64,000 nucleotides of DNA from Takakia lepidozioides (GCA_030704615.1 CM060734.1:63736001-63800000); one strand, 5' to 3'; shown: positions 50,119 through 61,190, counted from the stretch's first letter. Numbers and translations are program-made. Notes: generated by a model not told the origin, from the sequence alone.

Positions 50119-51210
50119 CTGCTTGAAGAACACCAGCAAGCATGAGATCAAGCTCGTAGACGGGAGAGCCTTTGAGAAAGAAGACACCATGGAAGATGCC
50201 CACCAAGCCCCACTGTTTGGCACTTGGCTCATTTGGGTGCATAATTACAATGGGTGGATACCCGGGCTTACGCAACTCCCTGAGAAAGTAGAAAATGTGT
50301 CGAGGCCACCTGCCCTGGCAGCAAACCAGAATATGTGGCAAATTCAACTCCACTACAGAAACAGTTTGCTTTTAAAGATCCTGGAGTATGATGTCTGCTT
50401 TCCGTTCCAGACTACCGGATGTGGCTGCCCAAAGTGTGATAACGGTGGCCATGCCAACAACTTCTCTATAGCATTTTCCAATGATGGTCCTTTGGAAACT
50501 TGAGCACCATTTGCACCTTAAGTATTGTTCTTGTTGGTCAACACATCATGGGAACTATGGTGTTCATTAATTGAGCGTGGAAGTAAGTTTAGTTCACCAG
50601 TATGGTCCTGCTCTTTCCTATGGTTTTCAAGCACCCGACGGATAGCTGAACCCAGCTGTGACTCCAACTTGTAATGTCCCTCTGGGCTAATTGGAAATGT
50701 TCGTGGATCAGGTCTGTCAATAGTTTCATCCGTATCAACCATCGATTCTCTAGTATAATTGCCAACAGTGACTATTCCTCTTCGCTTCCATCGATTCTTC
50801 ACACTCTCTAGCTTCCCATCGTCGTCAGTGGAATTTGAATAGTGGGCTTGATGCTCCTCATTGTTGGCCTATAATCTTTCACATAGTCTTAATTGCAGTT
50901 TCTTCGTCCCCACACTGAGAGATGGAGAAGGCCGTGTGAAGGTCCTTTGAGATAACAAACCCTATGTCATGGGGTTGTATGATGTGACCCTTCGGATGCA
51001 GCAACACCTATCATCAATGCAATGCATTTTCAACCGATGAAAAACCGTCAACAAAGGCAGCAACAGTCACATATCGTTATTTAGTTCCTAGGTACATGTG
51101 GGGATAGTCTTCAACATCTGAGAGTAGCAGCAGGATAAATTGATATAAGGCACGGTGACATCTAGTGCAAACAGGACACAGTTGAAAGTCATAAACACAA
51201 ACTCCGCAAC
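50119..51210 (-). pseudogene. BK/Slo-type Ca2+-activated K+ channel fragment (end of RCK1, linker, start of RCK2)
   Basis: Exons starting at 51210 (VAEFVFMTFNCVLFALD) and 51007 (VLLHPKGHIIQPHDIGFVISKD...PHILVCC...YFLRELR...PIVIMHP...VFFLKGSPVYELDLMLAGV); in-frame TAG/TAA and frameshifts. Confidence 0.75.
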
Positions 51211-53050
51211 CTGCAAAACTCACCCATCCAAACCTCTTATAATTGTCTATAGGCTGATTAGGTTGTTATTCCCAGTGACATTACAAACTATATAATGGTT
51301 GTTTAGAGATAAGGCAGCTCATGCCCTTGTTCACCCTTGCATGATGTAGCTTGCTTCAAAGGAGCTTATAAGGTTCTAGCTTAGAAGCTTCTAGAAAGCT
51401 CTTAAGAGATGAGAAGCTTCTCGAAGCTTGTAGGGTTTCTCAAGGAGGTGATTGAGCTTCCATAGGGACTAGAGAAGAAGCTTCCTCCAAAGGGATTTTT
51501 AAAGACTCGAACCCTTTACACACAAGACTCTCTTTGCATTTCCTCTAACCTCTAGTGAGTTTAGACCTAAGACACATGCAATCTCATTAGGTTATGGGAC
51601 CTGGACATTAACTATGCAAAGAGAGAGTTTAGAAACTAAATATGTCAAAAGAAGGTTGAGAGCTTTCAAAGACACACATCTTGAAGCCAATGCATCTAAG
51701 GCAAGAGGTTCTGACCAGTGTTGTTCTGGTTTCAGGTTCGGGACATACCAGACTGGTCCTGGTACCAGATGTATCACAAAAACTTTTATACTAGTCTGGT
51801 CTACATAATGGTGGATGTAATTTTTCCTAGATACTGGTATGAGTATGAGTATCATGACCACAACTACAAGTTTATCACATAGCAAGTATCAAGTGAAAAC
51901 AAATACAAATTATATTATAAATAAGAAAATAAATATACATAAACACAAATATGTAGACATATGTACATATAAATTAGTATAGGATACATACCAGAGTAAA
52001 TGAGGAAGACGGTGGGGGAGTATTAGTATTGTGGCTGGTATGAAAAACTAATACCAGCCTGGTGTGGTATATGACCAAGTATTCTCCCAAATGATACGAG
52101 ATTGGTCTGGAATTTGATACCAGTGCATATACCAATACTTTATACCCGTCCTTCACCTACGTACGAGACCAACACTAGTTTTGATACCATTATCCTATAG
52201 CACGATATATAAGGATAAAGGATTCAACATCTCAATAAGTTGATAGAGATGTCTTAAGCTAGAGACAAGAGCTAGTGGGATACTAAACTTCACCCGATCG
52301 AAACGCAGTAGCCCTTTGGGATCATAAGTTACACTTGCTCAGGCTAGAGTCCACATTTATTTTTATTGTTTGCTAAATTTAATCTATGTGTGGTCCAATA
52401 TCAAAAACGTTGTAACCTTCATTGATGTGGATTCAAATATGACGGTTACTTATCTCATGGCATAAAAGTTTGAAGCATCCAAGAAATTTGGGGAATAAGT
52501 AGATAGGTTTACAATTCGTTATGATAGAAATATCAAGGCACTAAGATATAATGGTGAAGAAGAATAAAAATCAAAAGAGAAAGGGATAGACATTCAAAAC
52601 ACTGTCGTGCGCATACATATTGCTACACAACTACATCGTTGTCCAAAACCACATAACACATGTGCACACCACACACTAGTATACCACTAGTCCACCACTA
52701 GTCCAACCACTAGTCCAACCACTAGGCTACAACTAGTCAGTCACTAGGCTGCCATAATGCTGCCCACTATGGCAGTCACTAGTCCACACAATCGGCCCCC
52801 TAGCTGGTGCTTAGGTCCCTCTAAGTCCAGGTAGCCACAAGATGTGATAGTGACCATAGCCTCACTAAGTCCTCCACCACTATCCCTACTACACTCAAAC
52901 TCGATAGATCAAGAGGCCGGGTGCAAGAGTTGCCCCATCGTTAGTCGCAGTCTTGCAACATGTGAACTTGAGCTTGGGATCTCATGTATTGACTTCTATG
53001 AGCTTGGCCTCCCATGTCTTGTTAGCTGCCTCCAGTCATGTTCACTGCCA

Positions 53051-53542
53051 CTATCCCAAGCAGTGTGGACACAACCAATCTCCGTCAGGAACCTTCTCAA
53101 GAGGTGGTGTCAAGCATCCCATATGCCAACCCCTTGAGCATCGATCACACACCAGCATGGTAGCTGCCCCTTTGGCAGACCCACAGAGCATGCACCTCAA
53201 ACCTGCAGGTACCACTGCCAAGTTTGGGTCAACTCTGCCATCGACATTGGGAAGGTGACATGGCGCACAATTACGCACATGGTCCTTCCAAGTCATGCCA
53301 TCCCGACCCTCCAAGATCAGGACCCCTGAGGGCAACACCTCTCGAACCCTCAGAATAACACGCCCTGCAGTAACATCCAGAGTCGTAGGAGCAGTCTGCT
53401 GCAAATAAACATAGTCACCAGGGCTAAACCTCCGAACCCCAGGAGGATATCCTCCACCACGTATAGTGGCATACCTCAACGTATCACGGTGTTGTGCAAT
53501 GGCAAGGTTCTCAAAAGCCATGGGCATGACTTTCTTGAACAA
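53051..53542 (-). mobile_element. Gypsy integrase C-terminus ending in a PHD finger
   Basis: AFENLAIAQHRD...FSPGDYVYL followed by C4HC3 CMLC...MLVCDRCSRGWHMGCLTPPLEKVPDGDWLCPHC. Confidence 0.82.
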
Positions 53543-54177
53543 CTCTGATCACATGCACGTACCCACACGTCCGGATCGTCAAGGTTAAGGACTTGAGCAG
53601 TGTCCCTACGAATGGCTGTAGGCAAATCCGGCTCTCGGCCAAAGAGAAGGAAATATGGTGAGAAGGAGGCAATCTGTCCCAGAGTCCTTTAGCAACGTCT
53701 CTACGTCTTACCACCGTAACCTAAGGGCCATGTTTGACACATACGATCACCAAGACGATCCCAACACAACCTCCACACACCCGAAGCAGGTACCCAGCCA
53801 ACAGCCGGCTTCTTCCAAAAGGACCTCCAGCGAAGTTCGTAGCTCCTCCAAGCATACGAGCTCAAAGTGATCTAGGGGTCCCGCTATGGCTGATGGCCCC
53901 ACAGAACCCAGCACCATGTCGTCCCCATTGACACCTGCAGGAGCAACACCTGCCCAGACCCCAATTGTTACTCCAGTCGGAGCAGACATCACACATTTGT
54001 GGCTTGGAAGCAGAACCATGGAAGAAAGAGCCCGCAAGGCAGGAGACCCCCCTATCTTGGAGCTATGGTCACAAGAAGAACTCATCCGACTTGGGGTGGT
54101 GCCGAGAGAGAGCGAAGAAATGGTGCACTATCGACGTGTTTTTCCTCGAGTGCCTAAGTGACTACAAGAGACGGTGT

Positions 54178-55562
54178 AGCCGCATTTCCGTCCAGCACGT
54201 CCAAAAGGCGGTGTAGCATATCCGACCAGCACGATGGGATGCGGTGCCACATTTCCGTCCAGCACATGGGAATGCTTTGCCGCATTTCCGTGAAAGGGTC
54301 TGCAAATGGACAAGAATGATGTCCGTTATGGAAATGCGGTGCCGCATTTCCATGTCCGTCATCGAAATTTCTTATTGGAAAATGGAATGCGGTGCCGATT
54401 CCTCCAGATGGGTCTGTAGTTGGAAAAACGTCCATCTCCAAAATGGAAATGCGGCACCGCATTTCCATGTTCGCCATTTGGACCTCCGTGTTCGACCACG
54501 GTGTTCGACCTCTGCATGCGGGGTGGCATCCAGGAAATGAGCTTGCAAAACCCAAAACTACCGTGTCGAAAACGGAAATGCGGTGGCCGAACAGTTTCTG
54601 ATGTCCAAACCTGGAAACGGAAATTTTTTCTTGCCCATGTTTTGGAAATGCGGTGTTGCATTTCCAAAAGAGGTTTTTGCAGCTGCCAAATTTTCGATCC
54701 TACATGGAAATGCGGTGCCGCATATCCGATTTTGGGAGGACTTGGTTTGGACGATGGTGTCGCTGAGGAGCACATGGGAGAGGGGACATGGAGGACGGAG
54801 AGAATTTCATTTATATACTCTGGAAGAGAATTTAAATGTACAGAGAATTCATTAAAATCATCAGTATCGTCGTCCTGTCCTTGACTGTCCGCCTCCGCCT
54901 CCACCCCATCCTTGCCTTTCTCATCTCAGCGGACTGCTCGTTGGCCAGACTTTCGAAAATCCCATCTTCCCCTTGCAGAACCGTCCATCTCACCTCCGTT
55001 GGGTCGTCGTCATCCCTGTCTGCATCGCTCTCATCCGCTGAATCCCATATGAACTTTCACACCCGTCTACCTGTCTCAGCTGTTGCCAACTCTTTCCTTA
55101 TCCTTTTGTCCTCCCTAGCCCTCTCCAAAATCTGCTCTAATTTACTGGGATTCTCACATCGTCTAATCGCTGTATTTGCGAGTTTAGCTGCATAACTAGG
55201 AAGGGAGTAGTCCCTCACCGGGCTCGTCATGAAGTCGGCCCTCGCAAAGAACGGGACATTCTTCCTGGCAGGAAGTGTAGGGCCTACGTAGGTGGACAGT
55301 CCCCCAAGGAGAGGACGGAATTTTTTAGAAGCATAGTGCAACCGATGTATCACAGAGCTCGGAGGATGGGGGGGATGAGGGGGATGAGGAAGAAGGAGGG
55401 CCAAGTTCCTCGGAAGGTGTAGGAAAGTAGTTCCCATTCATGCTATGACAGTTAGGACACACTTGTATAGGCGTGGCTTGCCACCAAATTTGCAATAAAA
55501 TGTTGCATTTCATTGCTATGACGAGTCCACATGACCCTATTTCCGTGGACACAATTCGGCCC

Positions 55563-55605
<43 letters not shown>

Positions 55606-56240
55606 TTAAATAATTTTTTTTAATTTTTTAATAATAATTTTTTCCGCTCATGCTCATGCCGCTCATGAAATAGCACCCCCCTATTTCATGAGCATGAGCG
55701 GCATGAGCGGAGTACGAACACAATCGGTTTTCATGAGCAGAAGTACAAATTTTGAAAATAAAAAATATTAAAAACATTAATTTAATGCAATGTGTCAGAA
55801 AAAAAAACAGATATATTATTCATTGATTGAAGGGAAAATTGTAGTTTTGAGAGTTGTGCTCATGATATTTCGTCTTCCGCTCATGCCAATTCCCAACGAC
55901 ATGTGCAAAAGTGGCGCCGAATTTCGCGGTAATAGGGTCCGCAAGCGGAAAAAACCACGAAGTATTTCGCGGTAATAAGTCTCTCTGGCGAAAAATGGTG
56001 TCGAATTCCGCGGCTATAGGTCTCCTCATGACAGGTGTGTAAGCCCAAGATTTTGAAAATGTGGCACTGAATTTCGGTACATGGTGCCGGGGGATTGCAC
56101 AGATGTTGGACAGTTCTGGGCCATGTAACTGGAAATTCGGCGCCATTTTTCCAGACACAGGGGTACCAGTGCATGTTGGGACTTAGCCAGTTTTCGGCCC
56201 AAAATAGAGAAATTCGGCGTCATTTTCCAGAAATGGCCCC
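54178..56240. mobile_element. Two abutting TIR-type DNA element remnants with subterminal motif arrays (PIF/Harbinger-like ends)
   Basis: About 10 copies of GGAAATGCGG(T/C)/CCGCATTTCC at 54178-54725; TIR aatagcacccccc ending at 55681; palindromic junction 55644-55710; AAATTCGGCG-like motifs at 55910-56230. Confidence 0.5.
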
Positions 56241-56917
56241 ACAACTGCTTCTGTTGGATCTCAGTTTGAATGGAATATTGCCTCATTCTAGGAGTTCGTG
56301 TCGGGCAAGCTAATTTAGCCCGGACTACACGGTTCCCCCTGTCGTACGCCCGATGGTTGGAGAGAAGGGACTTGGTTGATCCTCCCTTGAGTTCATCTTG
56401 AGCGATCAGAGGACTATGGGCATGCGCAAGCCTCTGCCGACCTAACCTTCTCGTCGATGACCTTATGCGGTAATCCCTCCCATTCTTCCTTAGAGGTACG
56501 AACCTCTTTTTGAAGGTGGGGCATATAAGTTTTCCAACTAGGGGTTGAGACTTGACCCTATGTTTGTGAGTGCCTTGAGCGCATGCTTGCCCATAGTGAG
56601 CAAGATTTTTGTCGCTAAACAAGGAGAAGCAAACATAAAAAAGCTTACGGTTGGAACGAAAGTGCCTCATTCTTCAATTAGAGAACCTTATCTCGTGAGG
56701 GCGGGAGTCCTTGCATAAGACATAATAGTCTTATTGCATCCCTTTAGGCACAATAGGCGCACTTTGTATGCATTTGTCTTGATTTCCATTGCATTTGTAT
56801 TTGGGTCCGAACCGGCCCCCCTTAATTTTTACTGTGTCTCTTTCCAGTATTTTTTCTACTTTTTGTTACCTTTGCAAGCCTTTGCTAACCACCCTAAACC
56901 CTAAACTCATTTTTCCC

Positions 56918-59105
56918 ATGGCGGAACTAGCAGGTAACAAACGTCCATGTCCTAGCTTAGGCGTCGGCCCTTCTCATGCATCCGCGTCTTCTTCTTCTAG
57001 CATGGATATCTCCATTCCTCCCCCTTTGCTTGCATTTGTGCATACATCGGTCAAGGAATTCAAAAGTCTTAGGCATGAGCATGAAAAAACTTCCAAGTAC
57101 CTTCAAAAATTGCGAGTGCAATTCGAAGAAGGCACCATACCCAACTCCCTTAGAATGAGTCCTCCTAAACTTCAAATAGGAGATCCCGAGGCCCAATCTG
57201 TCCTTGATGCGAGCCTGGCCGAATGCACAACCACATATCGGATCAAGTGCTTTGAAGCACTCATCAAAGCCAAGAATCTCGACTTGCTAGCTTGACCCAC
57301 AAGCTCGAGCAATCGAAACCGGTCTTTGAGACTCGCCTCTCGGATTTGATTTCGCCTTTACGATCCTTAAATTTGATAGGTGACAAATCTAAGTCTTCCA
57401 TTGAGTCGTGGCATCTTCATCTTAGCAATCTCTTTGTTACTCATGTAGATGCATTTCTTATTCACAAACAACTTTCCGACGTCAGCAAGGCCGCGGCTAT
57501 CGCCGCTCCCAACGTTGCTCGGGAAGGTGCTATGGAAGAAGCGGAGACCCTCCTTGTGGAACCGTCCATTGCTACACTCGTGAAACGCGAGGTGGTCAAG
57601 GAAGTCCTCAAGGAGGTGAAGAAGGTGGTGAACTCCATCCAGGTGAAACCCAGAAGCTTGGGACCAAACCGGCTAGTAAGCCTAAGACGAATCTTGGCGG
57701 AAAGTCGGGAAACGGCAAACAGCAAAAAGGTATCCGGGTCTCCACCCGTTTTGTTGCGTCACCTACCTCTTTCAACAAGAGGTCAGGCCCGAACCGCACA
57801 ACCGGTTCTGGTACGGGAGGCCGAAAACCTTCAGTGAGGGTCAACGGTAAACCGGCCACGACGAAGGGTTCGACGACGACGACAACGAAGACGAAGCAGC
57901 CATACGTACCTCCTCACAGGCGTGGGGGCGCACGAGGAGTCTCTTCTGGTACCCGCTCGTAGACCCGAAGACTTACACTTTGTTGCTCTTTGCTAGGAAG
58001 ACTCCCTCCCAAGTGGAATGCAGGGTCACCAACAGTGCTATCCAAAACTATAGCAAGAGGGTTCTCTCCTTTGCGGAGCGACAACTCCTGGGCCTTGGTC
58101 TCAATTACATTCCTCGTCCTCTTTCCCCTTCCCGATCTTCAATCATCACCGAATTCAACAATTTTGCTCGAAGCTTGAGGTTGCGAACGTTCTTCTCCGG
58201 CAAAGACAATGACGAGGTTCATCTTTGGCGCGTTCCAAATCCATCATTCAATCCGCCAGTGGAATCTCAACCGCTCAAGGCCATCATTCGAGAAGGTAAT
58301 GATCTTTTGTCTAGCCGTTTGGATCGAATCGCCCGCAATGCACGACCTTGTCTGCCGAGACACTTGAGACTTGCTCTCAAAAGATTGAGGACGGATCCGG
58401 ACCTTGTCATCAAGCCGGACGACAAAAATCTTGGTCTTGTGCTTATGGACAAGTCTTGGTACATGCAAGAGGCGATGCGGCAACTCTCAGACACCGAAGT
58501 TTATCGTCCCGTGGATTCCGTACCGTGGGAAGAACTTTGGTCGAGGTTGGAGGTGCTAGCTTGCCATCCAATCTACAGGTTTGTGATCTCCACCAAAGAA
58601 TGGAATTACATCCGCCAACGCCCTCGGTCGTCCATGGACTTTCGAGCTTGTGCTTTGTACTTCATTCCGAAGGTGCACAAACCCGTGCTTGTTGGAAGAC
58701 CCATTTGTTCCTACAACAACTACATCTTCGAGCATGCTTCAATTTGGCTCCATCACCAACTCCTTCCGGTACTTCTCAAGGAACCCACTCATTTGGTTGA
58801 TTCTCTCACACTTCTTCGAGAGGTTTCCCAACTCGAGGTCCCCTCGCATGCTCTTCTTTTTACGTTTGACGTGGAATCTTTATATCCCAGCATCATCACC
58901 GAGCTCGGCTTGTATGAGCTCGAATGTGCTATTGGAGGTAATTTCACCAAACACAAAAAAGACCTGATCATGACCCTCGCTGGATTAGTCTTGAAACACC
59001 ATTACCTTGAGTTCAATGGTAGTTTTTGGCACCAAATTCGCGGGACCGCAATGGGGAGCAATTTTGCAGTTGTTTATGCTTGTTTGTTCCTTTGTCGGTT
59101 GGAGA
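56918..59105 (+). mobile_element. Penelope-like element copy A: helical/basic ORF1 (56918-57962, two 1-nt shifts) overlapping an RT ORF that is truncated after motif B'
   Basis: GTIPNSLR N-terminal motif; RT LGLGLNYIP, VIKPDDKNLGLVLMD, YFIPKVHKP..GRPICS, FTFDVESLYPSI, QIRGTAMGSNFAVVYA; no GIY-YIG seen. Confidence 0.88.
57707..57756 (+). promoter_or_regulatory. Candidate -1 programmed ribosomal frameshift signal
   Basis: G GGA AAC heptamer, 6-nt spacer, then a stem-loop; the -1 frame is the RT frame. Confidence 0.6.
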
Positions 59106-59660
59106 TGTACATGGAGTTTAGGGTTTAGGGTTTACAAAAGAGTGGAAACAAATACATGTAGCAGTGCAACAGAGTCCGAACCGCGAATGCACCAGGTGCA
59201 TTAGTAGCAAAGTGCAAACAAGTTTTTAGGGAGGCCAGTTATGGACACCTTAGAAAACTTGTAGAAATATCTAGCCTGTGAATCAAAACTAAAAGAATCG
59301 ATCCTGAGACACAAAAAAACTAGAATAGAACAGAGTGGAAGTGATGTTGCAACGTTCTAAAATGCAAATGCAAAGATATGCAAGAGGCAAGTGTGTGTGA
59401 TGAAACTAATTCACTGTAAGGACAGGAGAATATTAACCTATTTCTAAGAAAGAGAATAGACACACTAAAGAACAGTCTTAGAAGGAGATCTAACATGCAA
59501 CACTCGAAAAGGAGTTTAAAACATGCACTACAATAGACACAAAGCAAATGAATGCAATGAACTATGCAGAAGATCTAATCTAAAACTCAACAACAACAAC
59601 AACGCCGCCAATGAGACAAAGAGACAAGAACACAAGATGCAGCAAAACGAATCTCTATGA

Positions 59661-59704
59661 TCCCCAAACTAGTTTCGCTCAGCGCGTGAGCTCATCAGTG
59701 GGAA
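59661..59704 (-). ncRNA. Minimal type-I hammerhead ribozyme
   Basis: Minus strand: TTCCCA CTGATGA GCTCA cgcgc TGAGC GAAA C ta G TT / TGGGGA; complete core, 6-bp stem I, 5-bp stem II, palindromic short stem III, GUU cleavage triplet. Confidence 0.82.
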
Positions 59705-59744
59705 AGAGAAGGAAAAGAGATACAATGTGCACCCCTCACCCCGC

Positions 59745-59751
59745 TTATATA
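59745..59751 (-). promoter_or_regulatory. TATA box upstream of the hammerhead
   Basis: TATATAA on the minus strand, followed by a pyrimidine-rich tract and the ribozyme about 40 nt downstream. Confidence 0.5.
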
Positions 59752-61190
59752 CTGCGGAAAGTGAACTTGTCTCGGGGGGGGGGAGAGAGAAAAAAATACC
59801 TAATGGATGGAAAACATCCAAAATTGTCTTGGCTGGAGAGATATCCAACGCATGAAAATCTAGATGAAAAACATCCTAATGTTCTCTCCAAAATGGATAA
59901 TCATCCAAACTAGAAGCTAACTACATGTCTCAAATACAACTAGCCTCTACATTTGTAACATAGCACGAACTAGATAGGAACGCAAGTTCCGTGCCCTCTT
60001 CCAACATACCATAGGTCTGTCAAAGGACGCTAACTGCGGAACTTTCAAAAAGCCCTCATGAAGTTTAGGGTTTAGGACTCCCTCAAAGCTTAGAGCTTGA
60101 GTATAACGCGAATGCTCAAGTTTCAGAACCAAGGGGGACCGCTTGCCCGTCAACTTACGAGTGGACTCTGAAATCAACAGTGTAGCACGTTGTGCATAGT
60201 TACAAAGCACAAAACACTCCAAGATAAAAGACTTTGGATAGCCTCGATCACGCAGTCGCTCATAGAACAGTTGCCTGATCTCAGAAAAACTTGCCCGTGT
60301 GCTCTCCCTCAAAGTGTAACGTCGTAATTCGCCAATGATGAATGCTCGTTTTTGGTGTCGTGGATGACACGAGGTCCATGGCAAATACTGGTATTTGTTG
60401 AGTGCCTTTTGATGACATCTTGAAGATAAAATCCCATGGTTGACAAAATCAACTCCCTTGAAGAACTGAATATCAAGAATGTCAACCGTAGACTCAGAGA
60501 TTACCCTTTGAATCCGAATTGTGGGACTAAGAGAATTGTATCCATCGAGCCAAGCCTCCAAACTTGCCCGAGATCCTGCCCAAATTCCAAATCCATCATC
60601 GATGTATCTCTTGTAGTATAGAGGCCACATGCCTCCTCCAGCACCAACCAACTCTCTTCTAAGCTGCAAAGAAAGAGACAAGCATAAACAACAGCAAAGT
60701 TGCTACCGATTGCCGTGCCTCGGATCTGATGCCAATAGCTTGAACCAAATTGAAGATAGTTATTCTCCAACACCATGCGAGAAAGACTCAGGACGAATCT
60801 TTCAAACTGAGGTGACTTGAACTTGTCGGCAATCATCTCCTTCAATCGTCGAAGCCCGTCCCCAGTAGGAATGCTAGGATACAATGACTCCACATCAAAG
60901 GTGAACAAAAGCACGTCGCCAGGAAATTGCCTATCCGACAGATCTTTCAACAAAGATATAGAATCTATCAAATGGTTATCTTCCTCAAGCAGAATGGGAA
61001 ACAGATGGTGATGCAACCACTTGGATGCGTGCTCAAAAACATATCCGTTGTATGAACAAATCGGCCTCCCGACCACCACAGGCTTGTGCATTTTGGGCAC
61101 GAGATAAAACATGCAGGGTCGGTAGCCCCCTTGGGGCTTGAACGCCAAAAAGTCCCTTGTCTGCCCGTCAATCAAACCAATGGCTTTGTC

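Larger units (their letters stand above)
59106..61190 (-). mobile_element. Penelope-like element copy B: 5'-truncated RT and thumb (59947-61190, one frameshift near 60655) plus 3' pLTR-like region
   Basis: YLVPKMHKP..GRPICS, FTFDVESLYPSI, QIRGTAIGS, YKRYIDDGFGIW, YQYLPWTSCHP, IIGELRRY, RLRDRGYP; ends RSYLVRAMLQM* with no C-terminal GIY-YIG. Confidence 0.88.

Noticed and set aside
51270-52800. 3' LTR of the PHD-gypsy element and a nested MITE
   Set aside because: LTR-like composition and short ACTAGTCC repeats are visible, but I could not fix termini, PPT or TSD.
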